A DNA stretch of 64,000 nucleotides from the human T2T-CHM13v2.0 reference genome, Homo sapiens: NCBI RefSeq assembly GCF_009914755.1, contig NC_060925.1; one strand, 5' to 3'. Every line of letters starts with the position of its first letter. Within the stretch, counting starts at the first letter, position 1. Shown here one piece after another: positions 29,001 through 44,000 of this stretch. The translations under genes were made by a program, and so were the position numbers. A model generated the notes under the pieces. That model saw only the letters and a program-made list of their open reading frames with translations. It searched no databases and had not been told where the DNA came from.

Positions 29001-32000
29001 ATTCCATTCGATTCTATGCGATGATTCCATTCCATTCCATTTGGAGATGGTTCCATTCGAGACCATTCGTTGATTGCATTCAATTCATTCGATGACGATT
29101 CCATTCAATTCCGTTCAATGATTCCATTAGATTCCATTTGATGATGATTCCATTCAATTCCATTTGATGATGATTCCATGCGATTCCATTAGATGATGAC
29201 TCCTTTCATTTCCATTCAATGAGGATTCCATTCGGTTCCATTTGATGATGATTCCTTTGAATTCCGTTTGATGACAATTCCATTCAATACCAATTGATGA
29301 TGGTTATTTTGATTCCATTTGATGATGATTACTTTCGATTCCATTTGATCATGATTCCATTCGATTCCACTCGATGATTCCATTCAATGATGATTCCATT
29401 CGAGTTCATTGACTATTCCATTCCATTTCAATCGATGATTCCTTTCAAGTCCATTCGATGATTCTATTCGATTGCATTCGATTTTTCCATTTGATTGCAT
29501 TCGATAATTCCATTCGATTCCATTTGAGGATAATTCCCTTTGAGTCCATTCGATGATTGTTCCATTCGATTCTATTCGGTGATTCCATTCGATTCCATTT
29601 GATAATGATTCCATTCGAGACCATTCGATGATTCCATTCAATTCCATTCCATAATGATTCCATTCGAGTCCATTCAATGATTCCATTCAAGTCCATTCGA
29701 TGATTCCATCTGATTCCATTCAATGAATCCATTCGATTCCATTCTATGATGATTCCATTCATTTCCATCTGATGATGATTCCATTCGATTCCATTCAATG
29801 ATTCCATTCGATTTCATTTGATGATGATTTCAATCAATTTCGTTCGATGATTCCATTCGAATCCATTCGATGATGAGTCCATCCATTTCAATTTCATGAT
29901 AATTCCATTCGTTTCAATTCGATGGAGTTTCCATTCGATTCCATTCGATGTTGATTCCATTAGTTTCCATTGGATGATGATTCCACTCGAGTCCTTTCGA
30001 TGATGATCACAATGGATTTCATTCCATAATTCTATTCGATTCCATTTGATGATGATTCCATCTGATTCCATTTGATGATTCCATTCGTTTCCATCCGATG
30101 ATGATTCCATTCGATTCCATTCAATGATTATTCCATTCGAGTCCATTCAATGATTCCATTCGATTCCATTCGATGATGATTGCATTCGAGACCATGGATT
30201 CTTCCATTCCATTCCATTAGATGATTCCATTCGAGTCCATTCGATGATTCTCTTCGATTCCATTCGATAATTCCGTTTGATTCCGTTTGATCTTGATTCC
30301 ATTCGAGTCCATTCGATTATAATTCCATTCGATTCTATGCGATGATTCCATTCCATTCCATTTGGAGGTGGTTCCATTCGAGACCATTCGTTGATTGCAT
30401 TCAATTCATTCGAAGACGATTCCATTCAATTCCGTTCAGTGATTCCATTAGATTCCATTTGATGATGATTCCATTCGATTCCATTTGATGATGATTCCAT
30501 GCGATTCCATTAGATGATGACTCCTTTCATTTCCATTCAATGAGGATTCCATTCGATTCCATTTGATGATGATTCCTTTGAATTCCATTTGATGACAATT
30601 CCATTCAATACCAATTGATGATGTTTATTTTTGATTCCATTTGATGATGATTACATTCGATTCCATTTGATCTTGATTCCATTCGATTCCTCTCGATGAC
30701 TCCATTCGATTCCATTCAATGATTATGCCATTTGAGTCGATTCGATGACTCCATTCGATTGTATTCGATGGTGATTGAATTCGAGTCCATGGATTAATCC
30801 ATTGCATTCCACTCGATGATTCCATTCGAGTCCATTCGATGATTCTATTCGATTGCATTTGATAATTCCATTCGATTGCATTCGATAAATCCATTTGATT
30901 CCATTTGAGGATAATTCCATTTGAGTCCATTCGATGATTGTTCCATTCGATTCTATTCGGTGATTCCATTCGACTTCATTTGATAATGATTCCATTCGAG
31001 ACCATTCGATGATTCTATTCAATTCCATTCAATAATGATTCCATTCGAGTCCATTCAACGATTCCATTCAAGTCCATTCGATGATTCCATCTGATTTCAC
31101 TCAATGAATCCATTCGATTCCATTCTATGATGATTCCATTCATTTCCATCTGATGATGATTCCATTCGATTCCATTCAATGATTCCTTTCGATTCCATTT
31201 GATGATGATTTCAATCAATTTCATTCGATGATTCCATTCGAATCCATTCGATGATGAGTCCATCCATTTCAATTTCATGATAATTCCATTCGTTTCAATT
31301 CGATGGTGTTTCCATTCGATTCCATTCGATGTTGATTCCATTAGTTTCCATTGGATGATGATTCCATTCGAGTCCATTCAATGATGATCACATTGGATTT
31401 CATTCCATAATTCTATTCGATTCCATTTGATGATGATTCCATCTGATTCCATTTGATGATCCCATTCGATTCCATTTGATGATGATTCCATTCGTTTCCA
31501 TCCGATGATGATTCATTCGATTCCGTTCAATGATTATTCCATTCGAGTCCATTCGATGATTCCATTCGATTCCATTCGATGATGATTGCATTCGAGTCCA
31601 TGGATTCTTCCATTCCATTCCATTAGATGATTCCATTCGAGTCCGTTCGATGATTCTCTTCGATTCCTTTCGATAATTCCGTTTGATTCCGTTTGATGTT
31701 GATTCCATTCGAGTCCATTCGATGATAATTCCATTCGATTCTATGCGATGATTCCATTCCATTCCATTTGGAGGTGGTTCCATTCGAGACCATTCGTTGA
31801 TTGCATTGAATTCATTCGATGACGATTCCATTCAATTCCGTTCAATGATTCCATTAGATTCCATTTGATGATGATTCCATGCGATTCCATTAGATGATGA
31901 CTCCTTTCATTTCCATTCAATGAGGATTCCATTCGGTTCCATTTGATGATGATTCCTTTGAATTCCGTTTGATGACAATTCCATTCAATACCAATTGATG

Positions 32001-35000
32001 ATGGTTATTTTTGATTCCATTTGATGATGATTACTTTCGATTCCATTTGATCATGATTCCATTCGATTCCACTCGATGATTCCATTCAATGATGATTCCA
32101 TTCGAGTTCATTGACTATTCCATTCCATTTCAATCGATGATTCCTTTCAAGTCCATTCGATGATTCTATTCGATTGCATTCGATTATTCCATTCGATTGC
32201 ATTCGATAATTCCATTCGATTCCATTTGAGGATAATTCCATTTGAGTCCATTCGATGATTGTTCCATTCGATTCTATTCGGTGATTCCATTCGATTCCAT
32301 TTGATAATGATTCCATTCGAGACCATTCGATGATTCCATTCAATTCCATTCAATAATGATTCCATTCGAGTCCATTCAATGATTCCATTCAAGTCCATTC
32401 GATGATTCCATCTGATTCCATTCAATGAATCCACTCGATTCCATTCTATGATGATTCCATTCATTTACATCTGATGATGATTCCATTCGATTCCATTCAA
32501 TGGTTCCATTCGATTCCATTTGATGAGGATTTCAATCAATTTCATTCGATGATTCCATTCGAATCCATTCGATGATGAGTCCATCCATTTCAATTTCATG
32601 ATAATTCCATTCGTTTCAATTCGATGGAGTTTCCATTCGATTCCATTCGATGTTGATTCCATTAGTTTCCATTGGATGATGATTCCATTCGAGTCCATTC
32701 GATGATGATCACAATGGATTTCATTCCATAATTCTATTCGATTCCATTTGATGATGATTCCATCTGATTCCATTTGATGATTCCATTCGTTTCCATCCGA
32801 TGATGATTCCATTCGATTCCATTCAATGATTATTCCATTCGAGTCCATTCAATGATTCCATTCGATTCCATTCGATGATGATTGCATTCGAGACCATGGA
32901 TTCTTCCATTCCATTCCATTAGATGATTCCATTCGAGTCCATTCGATGATTCTCTTCGATTCCATTCGATAATTCCGTTTGATTCCGTTTGATGTTGATT
33001 CCATTCGAGTCCATTTGATTATAATTCCATTCGATTCTATGCGATGATTCCATTCCATTCCATTTGGAGGTGGTTCCATTCGAGACCCTTCGTTGATTGC
33101 ATTCAATTCATTCGATGACGATTCCATTCAATTCCGTTCAATGATTCCATTAGATTCCATTTGATGATGATTCCATTCGATTCCATTTGATGATGATTCC
33201 ATGCGATTCCATTAGATGATGACTCCTTTCATTTCCATTCAATGAGGATTCCATTCGGTTCCATTTGATGGTGATTCCTTTGAATTCCGTTTGATGACAG
33301 TTCCATTCAATACCTATTGATGATGTTTATTTTTGATTCAATTTGATGATGATTACATTCGATTCCATTTGATCATGATTCCATTCGATTCCACTCGATG
33401 ATTCCATTCGATTCCATTCAATAATTATTCCATTTGATTCGATTCGATGACTCCATTCGATTGTAATCGATGGTGATTGAATTCGAGTCCATGCATTAAT
33501 CCATTGCATTCCACTCGATGATTCCATTCGAGTCCATTCGATGATTCTATTCGATTGCATTCGATAATTCCATTCAATTGCATTCGATAAATCCATTTGA
33601 TTCCATTTGAGGATAATTCCATTTGAGTCCATTCGATGATTGTTCCATTCGATTCTATTCGGTGATTCCATTCGATTCCATTTGATAATGATTCCATTCG
33701 AGACCATTCGATGATTCTATTCAATTCCATTCCATAATGATTCCATTCGAGTCCATTCAATGATTCCATTCAAGCCCATTCGATGATTCCATCTGATTCC
33801 ATTCAATGAATCCATGCGATTCCATTCTATGATGATTCCATTCATTTCCATCTGATGATGATTCCATTCGATTCCATTCAATGATTCCTTTCGATTCCAT
33901 TTGATGATGATTTCAATCAATTTCATTCGATGATTCCATTCGAATCCATTCGATGATGAGTCCATCCATTTCAATTTCATGATAATTCCATTCGTTTCAA
34001 TTCGATGGTGTTTCCATTCGATTCCATTCGATGTTGATTCCATTAGTTTCCATTGGATGATGATTCCATTCGAGTCCATTCAATGATGATCACATTGGAT
34101 TTCATTCCATAATTCTATTCGATTCCATTTGATGATGATTCCATCTGATTCCATTTGATGATCCCATTCGATTCCATTCGATGATGATTCCATTCGTTTC
34201 CATCCGATGATGATTCATTCGATTCCGTTCAATGATTATTCCATTCGAGTCCATTCGATGATTCCATTCGATTCCATTCGATGATGATTGCATTCGAGTC
34301 CATGGATTCTTCCATTCCATTCCATTAGATGATTCCATTCGAGTCCGTTCGATGATTCTCTTCGATTCCATTCGATAATTCCGTTTGATTCCGTTTGATG
34401 TTGATTCCATTCGAGTCCATTCGATGATAATTCCATTCGATTGTATGCGATGATTCCATTCCATTCCATTTGGAGGTGGTTCCATTCGAGACCATTCGTT
34501 GATTGCATTGAATTCATTCGATGACGATTCCATTCAATTCCGTTCAATGATTCCATTAGATTCCATTTGATGATGATTCCATTCGATTCCATTTGATGAT
34601 GATTCCATGCGATTCCATTAGATGATGACTCCTTTCATTTCCATTCAATGAGGATTCCATTCGGTTCCATTTGATGATGATTCCTTTGAATTCCGTTTGA
34701 TGACAATTCCATTCAATACCTATTGATGATGTTTATTTTTGATTCCATTTGATGATGATTACTTTTGATTCCATTTGATCATGATTCCATTCGATTCCAC
34801 TCGATGATTCCATTCGATTCCATTCAATGATTATTCCATTTGAGTCGAATCGATGACTCCATTCGATTGTATTCGATGGTGATTGAATTCGAGTCCATGG
34901 ATTAATCCATTGCATTCCATTCGATGATTCCATTCGAGTCCATTCGATGATTCTATTCGATTGCATTCGATAATTCCATTCGATTGCATTCGATAAATCC

Positions 35001-38000
35001 ATTTGATTCCATTTGAGGATAATTCCATTTGAGTCCATTCGATGATTATTCCATTCGATTCTATTCGGTGATTCCATTCGACTTCATTTGATAATGATTC
35101 CATTCGAGACCATTCGATGATTCTATTCAATTCCATTCAATAATGATTCCATTCGAGTCCATTCAACGATTCCATTCAAGTCCATTCGATGATTCCATCT
35201 GATTCCATTCAATGCATCCATGCCATTCCATTCTATGATGATTCCATTCATTTCCATCTCATGATGATTCCATTCGATTTCATTCAATGATTCCATTCGA
35301 TTCCTTTTGATGATGATTTCAATCAATTTCATTCGATGATTCCATTCGAATCCATTCGATGATGAGTCCATCCATTTCAATTTCATGATAATTCAATTCG
35401 TTTCAATTCGATGGAGTTTCCATTCGATTCCATTCGATGTTGATTCCATTAGTATCCATTGGATGATGATTCCATTCGAGTCCATTCGATGATGATCACA
35501 ATGGATTTCATTCCATAATTCTATTCGATTCCATTTGATGATGATTCCATCTGATTCCATTTGATGATCCCATTCGATTCCATTCGATGATGATTCCATT
35601 CCTTTCCATCCGATGATGATTCCATTCGATTCCGTTCAATGATTATTCCATTCGAGTCCATTCAATGATTCCATTCGATTCCATTCGATGATGATTGCAT
35701 TAGAGACCATGGATTCTTCCATTCCATTCCATTGGATGATTCCATTCGAGTCCATTCGATGATTCTCTTCGATTCCATTCGATAATTCCGTTTGATTCCG
35801 TTTGATGTTGATTCCATTCGAGTCCATTCGATTATAATTCCATTCGATTCTATGCGATGATTCCATTCCATTCCATTTGGAGGTGGTTCCATTCGAGACC
35901 ATTCGTTGATTGCATTCAATTCATTCGATGACGATTCCATTCAATTCCGTTCAATGATTCCATTAGATTCCATTTGATGATGATTCCATTCGATTCCATT
36001 TGATGATGATTCCATGCGATTCCATTAGATGATGACTCCTTTCATTTCCATTCAATGAGGATTCCATTCGGTTCCATTTGATGATGATTCCTTTGAATTC
36101 CATTTGATGACAATTCCATTCAATACTAATTGATGATGTTTATTTTTGATTCCATTTGATGACGATTACATTCGATTCCATTTGATCATGATTCCATTCG
36201 ATTCCACTCGATGATTCCATTCGATTCCATTCAATGATTATTCCATTTGGGTCGATTCGATGACTCCATTCGATTGTATTCGATGGTGATTGAATTCGAG
36301 TCCATGGATTAATCCATTGCATTCCATTCGATGATTCCATTCGAGTCCATTCGATGATTCTATTCGATTGCATTCGATAATTCCATTCGATTGCATTCGA
36401 TAAATCCATTTGATGCCATTTGAGGATAATTCCATTTGAGTCCATTCGATGATTGTTCCATTCGATTCTATTCGGTGATTCCATTCGACTTTATTTGATA
36501 ATGATTCCATTCGAGACCATTCGATGATTCTATTCAATTCCATTCAATAATGATTCCATTCTAGTCCATTCAACGATTCCATTCAAGCCCATTCGATGAT
36601 TCCATCTGATTCCATTCAATGAATCCATGCGATTCCATTCTATGATGATTCCATTCATTCCCATCTGATGATGATTCCATTCGATTCCATTCAGTGATTC
36701 CTTTCGATTCCATTTCATGATGATTTCAATCAATTTCATTCGATGATTCCATTAGAATCCATTCGATGATGAGTCCATCCATTTCAATTTCATGATAATT
36801 CCATTCGTTTCAATTCGATGGTGTTTCCATTCGATTCCATTCGATGTTGATTCCATTAGTTTCCATTGGATGATGATTCCATTCGAGTCCATTCCATGAT
36901 GATCACATTGGATTTCATTCCATAATTCTATTCGATTCCATTTGATGATGATTCCATCTGATTCCATTTGATGATCCCATTCGATTCCATTCGATGATGA
37001 TTCCATTCGTTTCCATCCGATGATGATTCCATTCGATTCCGTTCAATGATTATTCCATTCGAGTCCATTCGATGATTCCATTCGATTCCATTCGATGATG
37101 ATTGCATTCGAGTCCATGGATTCTTCCATTCCATTCCATTAGATGATTCCATTCCAGTCCATTCGATGATTCTCTTCGATTCCATTCGATAAATCCGTTT
37201 GATTCCGTTTGATGTTGATTCCATTCGAGTCCTTTCGATGATAATTCCATTCGATTCTATGCGATGATTCCATTCCATTCCATTTGGAGGCGGTTCCATT
37301 CGAGACCATTCGTTGATTGCATTCAATTCATTCGATGACGATTCCATTCAATTCCGTTCAATGATTCCATTAGATTCCATTTGATGATGATTCCATTCGA
37401 TTCCATTTGATGATGATTCCATGCGATTCCATTAGATGATGACTCCTTTCATTTCCATTCAATGAGGATTCCATTCGGTTCCATTTGATGATGATTCCTT
37501 TGAATTCCGTTTGATGACAATTCCATTCAATACCAATTGATGATGGTTATTTTTGATTCCATTTGATGATGATTACTTTCGATTCCATTTGATCATGATT
37601 CCATTCGATTCCACTCGATGATTCCATTCAATGATGATTCCATTCGAGTTCATTGACTATTCCATTCCATTTCAATCGATGATTCCTTTCAAGTCCATTC
37701 GATGATTCTATTCGATTGCATTCGATTATTCCATTCGATTGCATTCGATAATTCCATTCGATTCCATTTGAGGATAATTCCATTTGAGTGCATTCGATGA
37801 TTGTTCCATTCGATTCTATTCGGTGATTCCATTCGATTCCATTTGATAATGATTCCATTCGAGACCATTCGATGATTCCATTCAATTCCATTCAATAATG
37901 ATTCCATTCGAGTCCATTCAATGATTCCATTCAAGTCCATTCGATGATTCCATCTGATTCCATTCAATGAATCCACTCGATTCCATTCTATGATGATTCC

Positions 38001-41000
38001 ATTCATTTACATCTGATGATGATTCCATTCGATTCCATTCAATGGTTCCATTCGATTCCATTTGATGAGGATTTCAATCAATTTCATTCGATGATTCCAT
38101 TCGAATCCATTCGATGATGAGTCCATCCATTTCAATTTCATGATAATTCCATTCGTTTCAATTCGATGGAGTTTCCATTCGATTCCATTCGATGTTGATT
38201 CCATTAGTTTCCATTGGATGATGATTCCATTCGAGTCCATTCGATGATGATCACAATGGATTTCATTCCATAATTCTATTCGATTCCATTTGATGATGAT
38301 TCCATCTGATTCCATTTGATGATTCCATTCGTTTCCATCCGATGATGATTCCATTCGATTCCATTCAATGATTATTCCATTCGAGTCCATTCAATGATTC
38401 CATTCGATTCCATTCGATGATGATTGCATTCGAGACCATGGATTCTTCCATTCCATTCCATTAGATGATTCCATTCGAGTCCATTCGATGATTCTCTTCG
38501 ATTCCATTCGATAATTCCGTTTGATTCCGTTTGATGTTGATTCCATTCGAGTCCATTCGATTATAATTCCATTCGATTCTATGCGATGATTCCATTCCAT
38601 TCCATTTGGAGGTGGTTCCATTCGAGACCCTTCGTTGATTGCATTCAATTCATTCGATGACGATTCCATTCAATTCCGTTCAATGATTCCATTAGATTCC
38701 ATTTGATGATGATTCCATTCGATTCCATTTGATGATGATTCCATGCGATTCCATTAGATGATGACTCCTTTCATTTCCATTCAATGAGGATTCCATTCGG
38801 TTCCATTTGATGATGATTCCTTTGAATTCCGTTTGATGACAATTCCATTCAATACCTATTGATGATGTTTATTTTTGATTCCATTTGATGATGATTACTT
38901 TTGATTCCATTTGATCATGATTCCATTCGATTCCACTCGATGATTCCATTCGATTCCATTCAATGATTATTCCATTTGAGTCGAATCGATGACTCCATTC
39001 GATTGTATTCGATGGTGATTGAATTCGAGTCCATGGATTAATCCATTGCATTCCATTCGATGATTCCATTCGAGTCCATTCGATGATTCTATTCGATTGC
39101 ATTCGATAATTCCATTCGATTGCATTCGATAAATCCATTTGATTCCATTTGAGGATAATTCCATTTGAGTCCATTCGATGATTGTTCCATTCGATTCTAT
39201 TCGGTGATTCCATTCGACTTCATTTGATAATGATTCCATTCGAGACCATTCGATGATTTTATTCAATTCCATTCAATAATGATTCCATTCGAGTCCATTC
39301 AACGATTCCATTCAAGTCCATTCGATGATTCCATCTGATTCCATTCAATGAATCCATGCGATTCCATTCTATGATGATTCCATTCATTTCCATCTGATGA
39401 TGATTCCATTCGATTCCATTCAATGATTCCTTTCGATTCCATTTGATGATGATTTCAATCAATTTCATTCGACGATTCCATTCGAATCCATTCGATGATG
39501 AGTCCATCCATTTCAATTTCATGATAATTCCATTCGTTTCAATTCGATGGTGTTTCCATTCGATTCCATTCGATGTTGATTCCATTAGTTTCCATTGGAT
39601 GATGATTCCATTCGAGTCCATTCAATGATGATCACATTGGATTTCATTCCATAATTCTATTCGATTCCATTTGATGATGATTCCATCTGATTCCATTTGA
39701 TGATCCCATTCGATTCCATTCGATGATGATTCCATTCGTTTCCATCCGATGATGATTCCATTCGATTCCGTTCAATGATTATTCCATTCGAGTCCATTCG
39801 ATGATTCCATTCGATTCCATTCGATGATGACTGCATTCGAGTCCATGAATTCTTCCATTCCATTCCATTAGATGATTCCATTCGAGTCCGTTCGATGATT
39901 CTCTTCGATTCCATTCGATAATTCCGTTTGATTCCGTTTGATGTTGATTCCATTCGAGTCCATTCAATGATAATTCCATTCGATTCTACGCGATGATTCC
40001 ATTCCTTTCCATTTGGAGGTGGTTCCATTCGAGACCATTCGTTGATTGCATTCAATTCATTCGATGACCATTCCATTCAATTCCTTTCAATGATTCCATT
40101 AGATTCCATTTGATGATGATTCCATTCGATTCCATTTGATGATGATTCCGTGCGATTCCATTAGATGATGACTCCTTTCATTTCCATTTAATGAGGATTC
40201 CATTCGGTTCCATTTGATGATGATTCCTTTGAATTCCATTTGATGACAATTCCATTCAATACCAATTGATGATGTTTATTTTTGATTCCATTTGATGATG
40301 ATTACATTCGATTCCATTTGATCATGATTCCATTCGATTCCACTCGATGATTCCATTCAATGATGATTCCATTCGAGTTCATTGACTATTCCATTCCATT
40401 TCAATCGATGATTCCTTTCAAGTCCATTCGATGATTCTATTCGATTGCATTCGATTATTCCATTCGATTGCATTCGATAATTCCATTCGATTCCATTTGA
40501 GGATAATTCCATTTGAGTCCATTCGATGATTGTTCCATTCGATTCTATTCGGTGATTCCATTCGATTCCATTTGATAATGATTCCATTCGAGACCATTCG
40601 ATGATTCCATTCAATTCCATTCAATAATGATTCCATTCGAGTCCATTCAATGATTCCATTCAAGTCCATTCGATGATTCCATCTGATTCCATTCAATGAA
40701 TCCATTCGATTCCATTCTATGATGATTCCATTCATTTCCATCTCATGATGATTCCATTCGATTCCATTCAATGATTCCATTCGATTCCATTTGATGATGA
40801 TTTCAATCAATTTCATTCGATGATTCCATTCGAATCCATTCGATGATGAGTCCATCCATTTCAATTTCATGATAATTCCATTCGTTTCAATTCGATGGAG
40901 TTTCCATTCGATTCCATTCGATGTTGATTCCATTAGTTTCCATTGCATGATGATTCCATTCGAGTCCATTCGATGATGATCACAATGGATTTCATTCCAT

Positions 41001-44000
41001 AATTCTATTCGATTCCATTTGATGATGATTCCATCTGATTCCATTTGATGATCCCATTCGATTCCATTCGATGATGATTCCATTCCTTTCCATCCGATGA
41101 TGATTCCATTCGATTCCGTTCAATGATTATTCCATTCGAGTCCATTCAATGATTCCATTCGATTCCATTCGATGATGATTGCATTCGAGACCATGGATTC
41201 TTCCATTCCATTCCATTGGATGATTCCATTCGAGTCCATTCGATGATTCTCTTCGATTCCATTCGATAATTCCGTTTGATTCCGTTTGATGTTGATTCCA
41301 TTCGAGTCCATTCGATTATAATTCCATTCGATTCTATGCGATGATTCCATTCCATTCCATTTGGAGGTGGTTCCATTCGAGACCATTCGTTGATTGCATT
41401 CAATTCATTCGATGACGATTCCATTCAATTCCGTTCAATGCTTCCATTCGATTCCATTTGATGATGATTCCATGCGATTCCATTAGATGATGACTCCTTT
41501 CATTTCCATTCAATGAGGATTCCATTCGGTTCCATTTGATGATGATTCCTTTGAGTTCCGTTTGATGACAATTCCATTCAATACCAATTGATGATGGTTA
41601 TTTTTGATTCCATTTGATGATGATTACTTTCGATTCCATTTGATCATGATTCCATTCGATTCCACTCGATGATTCCATTCAATGATGATTCCATTCGAGT
41701 TCATTGACTATTCCATTCCATTTCAATCGATGATTCCTTTCAAGTCCATTCGATGATTCTATTCGATTGCATTCGATTATTCCATTCGATTGCATTCGAT
41801 AATTCCATTCGATTCCATTTGAGGATAATTCCATTTGAGTCCATTCGATGATTGTTCCATTCGATTCTATTCGGTGATTCCATTCGATTCCATTTGATAA
41901 TGATTCCATTCGCGACCATTCGATGATTCCATTCAATTCCATTCAATAATGATTCCATTCGAGTCCATTCAATGATTCCATTCAAGTCCATTCGATGATT
42001 CCATCTGATTCCATTCAATGAATCCACTCGATTCCATTCTATGATGATTCCATTCATTTACATCTGATGATGATTCCATTCGATTCCATTCAATGGTTCC
42101 ATTCGATTCCATTTGATGAGGATTTCAATCAATTTCATTCGATGATTCCATTCGAATCCATTCGATGATGAGTCCATCCATTTCAATTTCATGATAATTC
42201 CATTCGTTTCAATTCGATGGAGTTTCCATTCGATTCCATTCGATGTTGATTCCATTAGTTTCCATTGGATGATGATTCCATTCGAGTCCATTCGATGATG
42301 ATCACAATGGATTTCATTCCATAATTCTATTCGATTCCATTTGATGATGATTCCATCTGATTCCATTTGATGATTCCATTCGTTTCCATCCGATGATGAT
42401 TCCATTCGATTCCATTCAATGATTATTCCATTCGAGTCCATTCAATGATTCCATTCGATTCCATTCGATGATGATTGCATTCGAGACCATGGATTCTTCC
42501 ATTCCATTCCATTAGATGATTCCATTCGAGTCCATTCGATGATTCTCTTCGATTCCATTCGATAATTCCGTTTGATTCCGTTTGATGTTGATTCCATTCG
42601 AGTCCATTCGATTATAATTCCATTCGATTCTATGCGATGATTCCATTCCATTCCATTTGGAGGTGGTTCCATTCGAGACCATTCGTTGATTGCATTCAAT
42701 TCATTCGATGACGATTCCATTCAATTACGTTCAATGATTCCATTAGATTCCATTTGATGATGATTCCATTCGATTCCATTTGATGATGATTCCATGCGAT
42801 TCCATTAGATGATGACTCCTTTCATTTCCATTCAATGAGGATTCCATTCGGTTCCATTTGATGGTGATTCCTTTGAATTCCGTTTGATGACAATTCCATT
42901 CAATACCTATTGATGATGTTTATTTTTGATTCAATTTGATGATGATTACATTCGATTCCATTTGATCATGATTCCATTCGATTCCACTCGATGATTCCAT
43001 TCGATTCCATTCAATGATTATTCCATTTGAGTCGAATCGATGACTCCATTCGATTGTATTCGATGGTGATTGAATTCGAGTCCATGGATTAATCCATTGC
43101 ATTCCATTCGATGATTCCATTCGAGTCCATTCGATGATTCTATTCGATTGCATTCGATAATTCCATTCGATTGCATTCGATAAATCCATTTGATTCCATT
43201 TGAGGATAATTCCATTTGAGTCCATTCGATGATTGTTCCATTCGATTCTATTCGGTGATTCCATTCGACTTCATTTGATAATGATTCCATTCGAGACCAT
43301 TCGATGATTCTATTCAATTCCATTCAATAATGATTCCATTCGAGTCCATTCAACGATTCCATTCAAGTCCATTCGATGATTCCATCTGATTCCATTCAAT
43401 GAATCCCTGCGATTCCATTCTATGATGATTCCATTCATTTCCATCTGATGATGATTCCATTCGATTCCATTCAATGATTCCTTTCGATTCCATTTGATGA
43501 TGATTTCAATCAATTTCATTCGATGATTCCATTCGAATCCATTCGATGATGAGTCCATCCATTTCAATTTCATGATAATTCCATTCGTTTCAATTCGATG
43601 GTGTTTCCATTCGATTGCATTCGATGTTGATTCCATTAGTTTCCATTGGATGATGATTCCATTCGAGTCCATTCAATGATGATCACATTGGATTTCATTC
43701 CATAATTCTATTCGATTCCATTTGATGATGATTCCATCTGATTCCATTTGATGATCCCATTCGATTCCATTCGATGATGATTCCATTCTTTTCCATCCGA
43801 TGATGATTCCATTCGATTCCGTTCAATGATTATTCCATTCGAGTCCATTCGATGATTCCATTCGATTCCATTCGATGATGATTGCATTCGAGTCCATGAA
43901 TTCTTCCATTCCATTCCATTAGATGATTCCATTCGAGTCCGTTCGATGATTCTCTTCGATTCCATTCGATAATTCCGTTTGATTCCGTTTGATGTTGATT

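Noticed and set aside
39443-39628. Only plus-strand ORF (61 aa)
   Set aside because: It is created by a single tga-to-cga variant (~39473) in one monomer and has no coding hallmarks.
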